DNA of 64,000 bases, from positions 32,001 through 96,000 of IMG/VR virus record IMGVR_UViG_3300022885_000003. One strand, 5' to 3'. Made by a program: the position numbers and the translations under genes. Positions 38,542 to 48,658 of this stretch are shown here, piece after piece. The DNA is from a virus. Numbering within the stretch: the stretch's first letter is position 1; every line of letters begins with the position of its first letter. Under the pieces are notes generated by a model that did no database searches, had not been told where the DNA came from, and worked only from the letters and a program-made list of their open reading frames with translations.

Positions 38542-38614
38542 ATTAATTTCAAAGATAAATGAAAGATATAAAATATATCTTGAAATTTGTTGTACTCATT
38601 AGTTATAATTAACT

Positions 38615-39175
38615 ATGACTGAAAATTCAAATAAAATTGATCTCCAAAATAGAACACGTGATAAGTTTGGTAATATCACTCTGAAACCAGATTCTGGCTG
38701 CGAGTTATTATTACATGGAAAAGATATAACTTCCTTTATGTTTAATGACGACCCGGAGGTTCATCTCTATAATAAATATATCAAAATTTTATCCGGGTTA
38801 GATGACGATGATACGCCATTGTCCATATATAAAGAGCCGACCGTTACAATTGAAGAATTTGATTCTGAAATACAAAAAAATTGGCTAACACCAGAACCAT
38901 TCACATCAGCTAATATTGAAGAATTGTTACTTGAATTATGCAAAACAGATGAAGAACGCGATCGTGTCAAGGATGAAATGATTTTATTTAGACATTATGA
39001 GTTAGAACAAATGTTGCGTTGTTTATTATGGCTCGTGTCGATAATGCGGAAGAATGGTATTGTTTGGGGAGTTGGGCGTGGGTCATCTTGTGCGAGCTAT
39101 TGTTTATATCTCTTGGGTATTCATAGAGTGAATTCTTTGCGTTATAATTTAAATTTTAGAGAATTTCTCAAATGA
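38615..39175 (+). CDS. DNA polymerase III alpha-like fragment (NTPase/palm N-portion)
   Basis: RVKDEM..F, WGVGRGSSCASYCLYLLGIHRVNSLRYNLNFREFL. Confidence 0.85.
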   Translation: MTENSNKIDLQNRTRDKFGNITLKPDSGCELLLHGKDITSFMFNDDPEVHLYNKYIKILSGLDDDDTPLSIYKEPTVTIEEFDSEIQKNWLTPEPFTSANIEELLLELCKTDEERDRVKDEMILFRHYELEQMLRCLLWLVSIMRKNGIVWGVGRGSSCASYCLYLLGIHRVNSLRYNLNFREFLK

Positions 39176-39232
39176 CAGGTTTTTTAAAGTATAAATAAAA
39201 CTATACAGATTAGCCAAGGAGTTAATATAACA

Positions 39233-39682
39233 ATGTCACTAGTGAGAACATCAAAAGGCACGCTAATTGATATGGCGGCTTTAGCAACAAAGAATAAAAA
39301 AATTGTAGCAGTTTCTGGAGGCGGCGTTTCGATGAACGCCCAAGGGGATATTCTCGGAAAAGGCGGTAAGGTTATAAGGTCACGTAAAGACCTAGAAGCT
39401 GCATACGCTGCCTATACTGAGGCTAATCCACAGGGAGCAACACAAGTCAATATTCGATCTAAGAATATCACCCCAGATAAATTTAAAAATCGTCGAGCAC
39501 CAACTGAAGAAAACGAAAAAGTGGTTCTCGAATTGGATGATGTTACAAATATGCTAAATGGTAAAGTGCCTGAATCACCCAAACCAGAAGAACCAATTGA
39601 AGATAATGATTCTGAAGACGAAAGTAGAGACGAGGAAATTGCTAAAAAGTCCCGAAAGCGTAAGACCGTGGAGGAGGAATAA
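39233..39682 (+). CDS. phage late protein of unknown function
   Basis: TATAAATA promoter, AAGGAG RBS; RTSKG..IDM..L..MNAQGDILGKGG. Confidence 0.7.
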   Translation: MSLVRTSKGTLIDMAALATKNKKIVAVSGGGVSMNAQGDILGKGGKVIRSRKDLEAAYAAYTEANPQGATQVNIRSKNITPDKFKNRRAPTEENEKVVLELDDVTNMLNGKVPESPKPEEPIEDNDSEDESRDEEIAKKSRKRKTVEEE

Positions 39683-40098
39683 TGAACGCATTGTTGGAAT
39701 TTGATAATGTGGAAAACAAAAAATGTATTTATAATAGTCTAAATTCAGACCTTGACGGTACTCTCCAAACAAAGGCATGCCAATTCTACGACGATCTATT
39801 TAATATTATGCACAATGTTGAAGAAATAATAAACGACGATGAATTTGTTCACCTAGTTCTTCCAATTGCCAAATATGTGATAAGCAATTATGACATTACT
39901 AATATTCAAGATTCTGCATTAAAATTAAGCAACTATCTAAGCCAATTTCTTATATATAAAAATGGATCGAGACATTATGTGGTACCATGTGAAATTATAA
40001 AGAATTATCCTGGTAACAAACATATGAAAGATATCGATGTCATGATTGTTCTCGCATGTGATTTTATAAATTATTTCCAAGATAGAAAGGGTTATTAA
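39682..40098 (+). CDS. hypothetical protein
   Basis: GGAGG RBS, coupled ORF. Confidence 0.65.
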   Translation: MNALLEFDNVENKKCIYNSLNSDLDGTLQTKACQFYDDLFNIMHNVEEIINDDEFVHLVLPIAKYVISNYDITNIQDSALKLSNYLSQFLIYKNGSRHYVVPCEIIKNYPGNKHMKDIDVMIVLACDFINYFQDRKGY

Positions 40099-40100
40099 GA

Positions 40101-40433
40101 ATGTCCGAAATGAAAGAACCTTATGTTCACACAATCACCGGTGATGTACAACCATTGAAAGATGGAGTTTTAGTTACTGATATGGAATATGGTGAACAAA
40201 AAACTGGTCGCGGTATTATTATACTACATGACGATGGTAAAGATGCAGGAATTCGCCCACGTTGGTGTACTGTATACAGTGTTGGGTCTGAAGTTGATTA
40301 TGTAAAGAAGGGTGAGCGCATCCTTGTTGCTCATGCCCGTTGGACGCGCGGAGTTAAAATTAAAGCTGGTACACCTGAAGAAAAAGTAATTCGAATGGTT
40401 GATACTGACGAGATTTTGTTAGTTCAAGAATGA
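40101..40433 (+). CDS. groES: GroES-like co-chaperonin
   Basis: QPLKDGVLV...KTGRGII...VYSVG..VKKGERILV. Confidence 0.8.
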   Translation: MSEMKEPYVHTITGDVQPLKDGVLVTDMEYGEQKTGRGIIILHDDGKDAGIRPRWCTVYSVGSEVDYVKKGERILVAHARWTRGVKIKAGTPEEKVIRMVDTDEILLVQE

Positions 40434-40434
40434 T

Positions 40435-40695
40435 ATGTTTATCCATAGTTCACCCTCATCGGATGATCCATATGGTCTGTACAATTACCAAATTTTAATA
40501 AGAGATCATTATCCGAACGAAGTCGTCAATTGGGTCAATAATAAAAATATCACCAAATGGCTTTCAGTTAATTTAATGATAGAAGATTATGGCTATTCAT
40601 GGATTGAAGAAACTTCTCAAGTTTCATTAGTAATTATGTTTAGTTTTCATGGTGATTATGTTCAATTCCTAAAAACATTCATATTATGTAAGTGA
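40435..40695 (+). CDS. divergent FKLxW-family-like small protein
   Basis: KWLSVN...FSFHGDYVQFLKTF. Confidence 0.55.
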   Translation: MFIHSSPSSDDPYGLYNYQILIRDHYPNEVVNWVNNKNITKWLSVNLMIEDYGYSWIEETSQVSLVIMFSFHGDYVQFLKTFILCK

Positions 40696-41111
40696 CTTTC
40701 ATGGACCAATATAAACAGAGAGTAATCAAGTTTGTTATTAATTGTTTAACCGGTTCAATCACAACCGTATTTGTTTTATCTATATATTGCTTACTAATTT
40801 GTATTATGGTGTTAATAGCTATTAATGAATCAATAAAATACATCATTGACAAAATATACAAATATCAAGAAGATATAATGTATGATTACAATTTTAGAAT
40901 AGATGAATTTAGAACATGGTCTAAAGGACAAATACCTTGGTATGCTTGGTATCACCGTAAGCAGCGTGTATACTATGATGAAGAAATGGATGTATTTTTT
41001 CCATTAAATGATTTTTTATCAAATGATATTGGTGGGTGCTATATAACAACCAGTTATAAACTATATTTTTTACGAAAATCAGATCAAGTGTTATACAAAT
41101 TGAGTTTCTAA
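40692..41111 (+). CDS. FKLxW-family protein (start uncertain, possibly 40878)
   Basis: YFLRKSDQVLYKLSF. Confidence 0.6.
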   Translation: MTFMDQYKQRVIKFVINCLTGSITTVFVLSIYCLLICIMVLIAINESIKYIIDKIYKYQEDIMYDYNFRIDEFRTWSKGQIPWYAWYHRKQRVYYDEEMDVFFPLNDFLSNDIGGCYITTSYKLYFLRKSDQVLYKLSF

Positions 41112-41166
41112 ATTGACTTATTATGACAATAATTGTTATAATGATGTATAATTATGGAGATACTAA

Positions 41167-41985
41167 ATGATAACCAATGAAGCAACTAGTATTCGTCGTT
41201 CCATGCATCTGAACGTAACGGATATGAAATTCCTATCCGAAAAAGAACGACTTGTATTTTTAGAAAACAAGTTTATTATAGACATGGAAGATAACAAAGC
41301 ATCAGAATCACCCATCGAAGAATTCTTTTCAACGATGCGTGACTCATGTAAGCATTTCTATCATGTAAGTTCTCCCGAGAAGAAAAATGACAGACTTGTT
41401 TATTACATTTATTTCTCTTCTAAAGATGATGTGCAGCGGATACATTCAAAAATATTAAAACCCATGGGGAAAGAGTTGAGTGAAAATGATATAATATTCT
41501 TGGATAATGAAACTAAAAGGAATATGTTGAATAATAAATTTGCTCTAACTACATTAGAAGACGATGAATCTGATGAGATTGAGTGTCTAAAGCAGATTAG
41601 AGCAAAATATAAACACTATTTTTACATTGGTGCCACGGTTATAAGCAATGATAATAATTATGTAACACGACATATATATTTTGAAAATGCAAAGGATGCA
41701 GAAAAAATCAAATCAGAATATTTATCACCAACCAAAGAACTCGTAACATCAGATTTAGAATGCCTGCGTGATGATATCAAATCTAAACTTTTGCAAAATA
41801 AATTCATTGTGCGAACAAATGAAGAAAAAAGAGATGCTATCTTTGAAAATTATAAATCATGGCTTCGAGAAAATTGTGAAAGCTTTTTCTACTTGGGTGA
41901 TAAGAAATATGATAAAGGTGATTCAGTATTCTATATCTATTTTGAAGACCAAGAAGAAGCAAAATTATTTAAACTAACGTTTTAA
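41167..41985 (+). CDS. protein with three tandem FKLxW-family domains
   Basis: 3x (L.NKF...FY....IYF....D/E); last unit ends FEDQEEAKLFKLTF; own early promoter at 41113. Confidence 0.8.
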   Translation: MITNEATSIRRSMHLNVTDMKFLSEKERLVFLENKFIIDMEDNKASESPIEEFFSTMRDSCKHFYHVSSPEKKNDRLVYYIYFSSKDDVQRIHSKILKPMGKELSENDIIFLDNETKRNMLNNKFALTTLEDDESDEIECLKQIRAKYKHYFYIGATVISNDNNYVTRHIYFENAKDAEKIKSEYLSPTKELVTSDLECLRDDIKSKLLQNKFIVRTNEEKRDAIFENYKSWLRENCESFFYLGDKKYDKGDSVFYIYFEDQEEAKLFKLTF

Positions 41986-41995
41986 GGAAAACCAT

Positions 41996-42934
41996 ATGGA
42001 AAACAAATTATGGGTTGAAAAATATAGGCCCGTTGAATTAGAAGATTATGTTGTAAGGGATAATGGTTTAAAGGAAGCAATTAAAAGTTGGATTGATAAT
42101 AAATCTTTGCCAGGAAATATGCTTTTTAGCGGGCATTCAGGTACCGGTAAAACAACTCTAGCTAAACTAATCCTAAAACAGCTTGGGGTACCGAAAGCAG
42201 ATATATTAACAATTAACGGATCTAACGAAGGTCGGAAGATTGATGTATTGCGTGATAAAATTGAGGGGTTTTGTTCAACTTATTCTTTATCAGGTGGTAT
42301 GAAGTATGTCTTAATAGATGAGGCTGATTACTTGAATAAAGAATCAGTTCAGCCAGCATTGCGGCACGTTATTGAAAGATATGAGGATAATATCCGATTC
42401 ATATTCACATGTAATCACCCAAACAAAATCATGCCTGCTCTACATTCCAGACTACAGGAAATTACATTCAAAGAACTTGATAAGGAAGAATTTTTAAGCC
42501 GCGCATTACAAATTTTACTGGATGAAGAAATTCAGTTTGAACCAGATGACGTTGTTGAAATTTCAGAACTGACCTATCCAGATTTAAGGAAGTTTATTAA
42601 TGTTCTACAACAGAATACACGCGCGGGCACATTACATTATGTTAAGGATGAGTTATCTACAACAAAAGATTATCTACTAGAAATGCTACCTCTAATTGCT
42701 GATGGCAAACTTACAGAAGCGAGGCTATTGGTTTGTTCTCAAGCATCAGAGGATGAATATGATGATATCTACGAATTCTTGTATAAAAATCCTGAGATAT
42801 GGGGTGAAGGTGAAGATTCAATTTGCCAAGCTTTAATTATTATCGATAAATATTTGTATAGAGATGCCATTGTTGGTAAGAGGGAAATTAATTTAGCGGC
42901 TTGTTTTGCGGAATTAAGAACACTTTTGATGTAA
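41996..42934 (+). CDS. sliding-clamp loader ATPase (RFC small subunit / T4 gp44-like)
   Basis: LWVEKYRP, GHSGTGKTT, IDEAD, SRL, PDLRK. Confidence 0.93.
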   Translation: MENKLWVEKYRPVELEDYVVRDNGLKEAIKSWIDNKSLPGNMLFSGHSGTGKTTLAKLILKQLGVPKADILTINGSNEGRKIDVLRDKIEGFCSTYSLSGGMKYVLIDEADYLNKESVQPALRHVIERYEDNIRFIFTCNHPNKIMPALHSRLQEITFKELDKEEFLSRALQILLDEEIQFEPDDVVEISELTYPDLRKFINVLQQNTRAGTLHYVKDELSTTKDYLLEMLPLIADGKLTEARLLVCSQASEDEYDDIYEFLYKNPEIWGEGEDSICQALIIIDKYLYRDAIVGKREINLAACFAELRTLLM

Positions 42935-43018
42935 AGAAATATTCAATAATCTCGATGATGTCATCAAGGTAACACACCGGCGAACGTTAAGAACGTTTGT
43001 GAATAATAAGGAAAAGAA

Positions 43019-43483
43019 ATGGGAAAATTTAATAATCTACGCAATCGGCCATTTATGATGATATCTTTAGTGTACCGACCTAAGGATGGTATCAATACTA
43101 GTGTAAAGGGGTGGCAGGAACAGCCACGATCAATGCAAGTAATTGAAAAAGCAGATTTCTATGATCGAGTAAATGATAAGCATTTTTCAAAATATTCAGT
43201 TATTATCGATTTATTTCACGGTGAAGTATTATCGCATAGAATACCGGAGAAAACAAATCAAGAAGTATTTGATTATTTTACCAATAAATATCGTGATCAA
43301 ATTAATGAATCGGTTGGTTTGTTTATGAAAAAAATGAGGGATTCTGGGCGAAAGGACTTGATATTAAAAGAAATGAATAATTTCATTGAGCGATTCAAAG
43401 ACGTTAGCGGTAACGAAGATCCTACAGATAAACTTGTGTTAGAAGAAAAAGGATTGGGTGATGCAAAAATTACTATTGACTGA
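43019..43483 (+). CDS. hypothetical phage protein
   Basis: AAGGA RBS, 154 aa. Confidence 0.7.
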   Translation: MGKFNNLRNRPFMMISLVYRPKDGINTSVKGWQEQPRSMQVIEKADFYDRVNDKHFSKYSVIIDLFHGEVLSHRIPEKTNQEVFDYFTNKYRDQINESVGLFMKKMRDSGRKDLILKEMNNFIERFKDVSGNEDPTDKLVLEEKGLGDAKITID

Positions 43484-44039
43484 TATTGATGAAACTTGCC
43501 TAAAGTGGATTGACCCATTCTTTGAATGGGTGGTAAACGAAGTTGGCATTGCCCACAAACGGGATCCTAAAGTTTGGGATTTCAAAGATGCTCTAGGTTG
43601 TCATACCTCAGATGAATCAGATGCCATTATTAGATGGTTTAATAATACGCCACATTTTGGACGACTTGAACCATACCCCCATGCAGTTGAAGTAATTAAT
43701 AAATTGCATGATGAAGGTTGGAAATTTATTGGTATTTCAACATGTAGTTCGTCTGAAACCACAAAGAGCCTAAGAGAGGAAAACATTAGAAGAGTATTTG
43801 GTGACGTATTTTTAGAAGTTCATTGCATTGAGCATCAAATCGGTAAAGAATCAATACTACAAGAGTTTCCGGGTACTTGGTGGGTTGAAGATAACACAAA
43901 TTGGGCAGAGATTTCATTAAAATATGACCATAAGCCAATTCTCATAACACAACCATATAACGAGGATTTTAACCACCCTGAGATACCAAAGGTAGCAGAC
44001 TGGCGGGAAGTTTACGATATTATCAATCAAAGTAATTGA
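43461..44039 (+). CDS. HAD-family 5'(3')-nucleotidase-like protein
   Basis: LLTDIDET, ISTC, WVEDN, QPYN. Confidence 0.8.
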   Translation: MQKLLLTDIDETCLKWIDPFFEWVVNEVGIAHKRDPKVWDFKDALGCHTSDESDAIIRWFNNTPHFGRLEPYPHAVEVINKLHDEGWKFIGISTCSSSETTKSLREENIRRVFGDVFLEVHCIEHQIGKESILQEFPGTWWVEDNTNWAEISLKYDHKPILITQPYNEDFNHPEIPKVADWREVYDIINQSN

Positions 44040-44150
44040 CACTAAGTATATTTATACTAGCAGAATTCAATTAAAACATAAGTTAAAGTTATTGAAACCA
44101 ACCGATAAATATTCATAGCAGCCTATATTTAAAACCCCTTGAAGGAGGCT

Positions 44151-44885
44151 ATGATGAAGACCAAACGTTCTAAACGAGCAACTCGTCGTAATCCACGTGA
44201 AGACCGAAACTATTCGGCAACTAGCGAAAAACAATCATTTAATGCACCAAAACATATAGCTTTGATTCCCCGTAATCTAAGTCAAGAACATTATGTCAAT
44301 GCCTTAAAAGATGATACTAAGGCAATTGTTGTTGCAACTGGGCCAGCAGGTTGTGGTAAAACCTGGTTAGGATCAATTGCAGCTATCAAAGCATATAACG
44401 AAGGACAATGTGATAAAATTGTAATTACTCGCCCTAATCGCGCAGTAGATGATAAAGATATCGGGTTCCTCCCTGGTGACATTTTTAAGAAGATGATGCC
44501 ATGGATGCTACCAATTATGGATGTATTCAAAGAATATTATTCACCACAACAGGTAGAAAAAATGCTTGAGGACGAAATCATCGAGGTGTGCCCAATTGCG
44601 TATATTCGTGGTCGTACGTTCAAAAATGCATTTGTTATTGTTGATGAAGCGCAAGGCACTACAAAAAATTCAATGTTGTCAATTCTAACACGAATTGGTG
44701 AAGGATCTAAGATGGTTGTAACAGGTGATGTCCGTCAATCAGACATCGGCTCAAGCAACGGTCTACAGGATTTCATTAATCGCTTCGAGGGTTCAGATTT
44801 AATTTCAGTGATTAAATTTGAAAGAAAAGATGTTGAACGTTCTCCAGTAGTTTCGGAAGTTTTACGAATTTACAAAGAAGAATAA
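44151..44885 (+). CDS. phoH: PhoH-like ATPase
   Basis: GPAGCGKT, GFLPGD, RGRTF, DEAQ, LTRIG, GDVRQSD; AAGGAGG RBS. Confidence 0.95.
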   Translation: MMKTKRSKRATRRNPREDRNYSATSEKQSFNAPKHIALIPRNLSQEHYVNALKDDTKAIVVATGPAGCGKTWLGSIAAIKAYNEGQCDKIVITRPNRAVDDKDIGFLPGDIFKKMMPWMLPIMDVFKEYYSPQQVEKMLEDEIIEVCPIAYIRGRTFKNAFVIVDEAQGTTKNSMLSILTRIGEGSKMVVTGDVRQSDIGSSNGLQDFINRFEGSDLISVIKFERKDVERSPVVSEVLRIYKEE

Positions 44886-44908
44886 AGCCAAACATCTAAA
44901 CTTTATTA

Positions 44909-44939
44909 GAACAGCGGGTGCTCAGTGCATCCGCTGTTT
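44909..44939 (+). terminator. hairpin after phoH
   Basis: AACAGCGGGTGC-TCAGT-GCATCCGCTGTT. Confidence 0.6.
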
Positions 44940-44985
44940 CTATTTGCATAAATAATATAGTAAATAATGAATAAAAGGTTAGCCG

Positions 44986-45531
44986 ATGTCAGAATTAAAA
45001 AGCGATAATTCAGTTAGAAGTTTAACAGACAACGAGAGTCTTCTAGATGTTATGCTTCAAGTTGAAGATTATTTAGATTCTCTCGATTTATATGCTTTTG
45101 CCAATTGGGTTGAAGGTCAAGTAGTTGAAGGACCATTCATCCATCGGTATTGGGTTAATCTTGCGTTGTTATATCCATATAAGAAAATGCCTGATCCACG
45201 TGGTGGTGAGAGATTGCTCAAATTTGGTACTAAGGTCAAGTACAAAAAGATTAAGCAAGAAGTCGCGAGCGAAATTCGAGATCAAGGTGATCTAGGTAGC
45301 GACGGTCGTCCCAAAATGGAAGAGAAATTAATGTGGATTATCTATCTGAAAATTCCACGACGTTTCATTGAAGAGCTTGGTCTATGGGATCTTGATGATT
45401 CGGAAGAAGATATTAATGTTGAAGATGTTGAGGATGCTAAGGACGAAGGCGTCGACGACGAGACCGGTATTACCAATAGTGGTGATATGGAAGATAATGA
45501 TAGTTTTGAAGAAGACGATTTTGAACTCTAA
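44986..45531 (+). CDS. phage late protein of unknown function, acidic tail
   Basis: LDLYAFANWVEG, MPDPRGG; TAAATA upstream. Confidence 0.7.
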   Translation: MSELKSDNSVRSLTDNESLLDVMLQVEDYLDSLDLYAFANWVEGQVVEGPFIHRYWVNLALLYPYKKMPDPRGGERLLKFGTKVKYKKIKQEVASEIRDQGDLGSDGRPKMEEKLMWIIYLKIPRRFIEELGLWDLDDSEEDINVEDVEDAKDEGVDDETGITNSGDMEDNDSFEEDDFEL

Positions 45532-45545
45532 GGAGAAATAACGAG

Positions 45546-46499
45546 ATGGCAACAGAAGTTCGAAGAAGAAGGGGATCAGAGGCTGAAAATGATGCCTTTA
45601 CTGGTGCTGAAGGTGAAGTAACAATTATCATTGAGGGCGGCGGTGTTCCGGCAACTAATGTCATCACAGCCGTGGTTCATGATGGTATTGAAGTCGGTGG
45701 GTTTCAATTAGCGCGTAAAACATTGGATAATATTTCCGGTGTTCCCGCTGATCAAGCCACAGCAAGAACAAATCTTGATCTTGGGTCAGTTGCGACAATA
45801 GATACAGGAACCGCTATTGGTGAAGTTCCGGTTAACTCATTTGCGGGTGCTTTGGGTTCGGCAGCGTATGAAGCGGTGGGCATCGTTGATCAAACCGTTC
45901 CAGTGTTATTAGATTCAGTTGTTAATCCAGGTACGGGAGCGTTACCAATTATTTCAGCAGAGAACCTAATTAATATTCCTACCACAACTGTTGACACTAC
46001 TTCTAGAGCTAATAGTGCATTAACGACATATTTAACGTTATATCAGAATAACTTACCAGCACAGATTTTATCTGATGGATTCATGGATGCGTATGTAGGT
46101 TCTGCCTCAGCAACGGTATCTGGCGATGGTGTTTATAATTCAGGAAACAAAACATTTGATGATGATGTTGGCGCTACGGGGTTCTTTCTAGATTCAAGCA
46201 CCTTTACTGCTAAGGTCACTGATCCAGCGGCGGCGCATATTGCAATCCTTATGGCTGGTAGTACAACATTTACCGCTAGGGCAAGTCGGGATGCTGGTAC
46301 GACATTTACTGATTTTACGCTTGTTAATAGGGGAACAGTTCTAGATGGTTCCGTAACATTGCTCACGGGGACCGTAGATATCTCAGCACAACCAGCAGGG
46401 TCTGGAATGCAGTATCAAATTGAAGTTCCAGCAGCGAAAGTTATCCAAATTCATGGAACTGCTTTATTCTGGCAGACAGAAGTATTCGTAGGAATCTAA
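45546..46499 (+). CDS. tail-fibre-like protein with an Mtd_N-type N-terminal domain
   Basis: RRRRGS..E...FTGAEGEVT...VVHDG...GG..LAR, ARTNL. Confidence 0.75.
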   Translation: MATEVRRRRGSEAENDAFTGAEGEVTIIIEGGGVPATNVITAVVHDGIEVGGFQLARKTLDNISGVPADQATARTNLDLGSVATIDTGTAIGEVPVNSFAGALGSAAYEAVGIVDQTVPVLLDSVVNPGTGALPIISAENLINIPTTTVDTTSRANSALTTYLTLYQNNLPAQILSDGFMDAYVGSASATVSGDGVYNSGNKTFDDDVGATGFFLDSSTFTAKVTDPAAAHIAILMAGSTTFTARASRDAGTTFTDFTLVNRGTVLDGSVTLLTGTVDISAQPAGSGMQYQIEVPAAKVIQIHGTALFWQTEVFVGI

Positions 46500-46500
46500 T

Positions 46501-47217
46501 ATGAAACAATTAGTTGAAGGTTTAAAAACAGGAGATCTCGACGATCTTGTTCTAAATAGAATTTCAGTTGATGAATTTGAATCAAAAATTGATAATGAAA
46601 AAGCTATTGTTATTGGCTTTTTCGTCGATGATAAAGAGCCAGCAAACGATTTAAGAAACTTTTTAGATAAATCAGCAACAGAATTATTAGACTCGGATCG
46701 TTCCCCTGCACCGGATATCGACGGCCAATATATGGTTTTCGTCGAGTTTGAAAGAAACAGTTCTTTTCCAGAAGAAATGATAAAGATGGTAGAGACGATT
46801 GAAAATCTCGTCGATGTGGATGAATGGGTGTTCACAGTTTATAAAGATAAGGGTCCATTCCCATTAACGGAAGAAAATTTGAAAAAGCATGTTCGTTTAG
46901 AACCAAAAGAAGAAAAGGATGACTTTGAAGAAAGCTTCAAGTATTCTCTAGTCGACTCCGCTGATATAGAAAATAACATTTTGACATTATCCAAAGGGAG
47001 AATGGAAGAATCGTTTATTATTGTTAGAGCAGGCCCATTTGATCAATTAGAAGTAGCCATTTCTGAATCAAATTATAATTTAAAGAATAGAAATTATATG
47101 AAAAACACACTTCGAGAAATGCTTGGAGAAAGTTGGGACATTTCAGTCACTGATAAACAAATTGTTTTATATAATATAGTAACGGATTACGCTTTAATTC
47201 TTAAAGAGCATGATTAA
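46501..47217 (+). CDS. phage protein of unknown function, probably virion-associated
   Basis: MKQLVEGL..GDL..L...ISVDEFESK...MVFVEFER. Confidence 0.7.
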   Translation: MKQLVEGLKTGDLDDLVLNRISVDEFESKIDNEKAIVIGFFVDDKEPANDLRNFLDKSATELLDSDRSPAPDIDGQYMVFVEFERNSSFPEEMIKMVETIENLVDVDEWVFTVYKDKGPFPLTEENLKKHVRLEPKEEKDDFEESFKYSLVDSADIENNILTLSKGRMEESFIIVRAGPFDQLEVAISESNYNLKNRNYMKNTLREMLGESWDISVTDKQIVLYNIVTDYALILKEHD

Positions 47218-47256
47218 TACTTGATTTTTTTGTAAAATCAATTTATAATAAACATT

Positions 47257-47646
47257 ATGGCATACATGTTTAATCCAGAAGACTTTAGATGTACGGGATC
47301 GTATAATAGGATTAGTTCATTTAATGTTGGAAAAAATGGTAACACCGCAACATATGGTGAATGGGCGAAATCTGTTGCGGATTTTTTACCACATCATATA
47401 TTGTTGAATAATCAACAACTAGGTGATAGTTTTCATCACAGACGATGGATTTCATCAAATTGTAATTATTGGTGGACAAATTCAAACCTTACATCTTCTT
47501 ATCTACTAAGAAAAAATAAAGATATACCCGAAGTGGGCGGATCACATACACCATTGAATAGTTTGCTATCTATTGTCTCATCAAAAGATTATTATTTGTT
47601 TGAAGATAAAAATGATGCAATTATTTTTCGACTATATGCTTCATAA
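47257..47646 (+). CDS. FKLxW-family protein
   Basis: RWISSNC..W...LFEDKNDAIIFRLY. Confidence 0.72.
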   Translation: MAYMFNPEDFRCTGSYNRISSFNVGKNGNTATYGEWAKSVADFLPHHILLNNQQLGDSFHHRRWISSNCNYWWTNSNLTSSYLLRKNKDIPEVGGSHTPLNSLLSIVSSKDYYLFEDKNDAIIFRLYAS

Positions 47647-47659
47647 CCCGGGGAAGATT

Positions 47660-47995
47660 ATGGCTGTAAGAGTTTATCTTAACAACTCCAACGAAACCAA
47701 AGAAGCTATTGAATGGATTGAGCAGCGTGGTATCAAATATAAGATTCTACGTGGAAACAAAGCAGTCGATCCTGATACTCGAGTAAGGGCTCCTAATATG
47801 TGGAGATCTAGTCATCATTCTTATTTCGGTATTGAATCATATACAGAAACTGAAAAGGATGAATTCTATCCAAGAATTAGAAACTCTATCTTGTATGAAA
47901 ATGGCCCCAACACGGAACACAACAAAGACTATTCAGTTGGATTCGTATTATTTGATGAAAAAGAAGCGATCGAATTTAAACTTATTTACGGCTGA
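47660..47995 (+). CDS. FKLxW-family protein
   Basis: EWIEQRG...[14 protein letters not shown]. Confidence 0.72.
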   Translation: MAVRVYLNNSNETKEAIEWIEQRGIKYKILRGNKAVDPDTRVRAPNMWRSSHHSYFGIESYTETEKDEFYPRIRNSILYENGPNTEHNKDYSVGFVLFDEKEAIEFKLIYG

Positions 47996-48039
47996 ACATA
48001 AATAAGATTAATAATGTATTTAACGCTCAAAGGAAAATA

Positions 48040-48264
48040 ATGAGTAAACAAGATATAATTCTAGTTCAAGGTGTTATCACCAACGTTCTCCCCAATGCAA
48101 TGTTTAAAGTAGAACTAGATGATTCAAAACACGTAATTATCGGTCATATATCAGGAAAGATGCGGAAGAATAATATCAATATTCTTCTTGGTGACCGTGT
48201 TGATGTCGAAATGACACCATATGATCTTACCAAAGGCCGAATCGTTTTCCGATATAAGAAATAA
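48040..48264 (+). CDS. infA: translation initiation factor IF-1
   Basis: [42 protein letters not shown]. Confidence 0.96.
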   Translation: MSKQDIILVQGVITNVLPNAMFKVELDDSKHVIIGHISGKMRKNNINILLGDRVDVEMTPYDLTKGRIVFRYKK

Positions 48265-48299
48265 TTTAGATTAAAACGTTACTATCAGTAACGTTGTGC

Positions 48300-48599
48300 C
48301 TATCTTGATTTCTTAACAGCTGGTGCGGAAGCAATTCGGGCCATAACTGCTTCTTGATATGCTTTATTATTATTGAATTGTTTGACATATCCAAGAAATT
48401 CTTTGACATTAAATACATCCGTTGATTTAGCTCTTTCTGCTTTGGTTGACAACTCTTCGAGTTCATCATGTGCAGCAAAAAAATCACTAATTTCTTTTGT
48501 ATTCAATTTCTCTTGGATTTTTCTAGCGTACATCTGCATAGCCATCACGCGCTCTGCTTTGCTGAATGAACTAAAGTTACCCTTTTGATATCGTGCCAT
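48300..48599 (-). CDS. hypothetical basic early protein
   Basis: TTGACA..TATAAT promoter on the - strand at about 48625-48655. Confidence 0.7.
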   Translation of the reverse strand: MARYQKGNFSSFSKAERVMAMQMYARKIQEKLNTKEISDFFAAHDELEELSTKAERAKSTDVFNVKEFLGYVKQFNNNKAYQEAVMARIASAPAVKKSR

Positions 48600-48658
48600 G
48601 TTCTTTTCCCTTTTTTAATGTAAAGTATTATAACGCGGCATCAATCCATTGTCAACAG

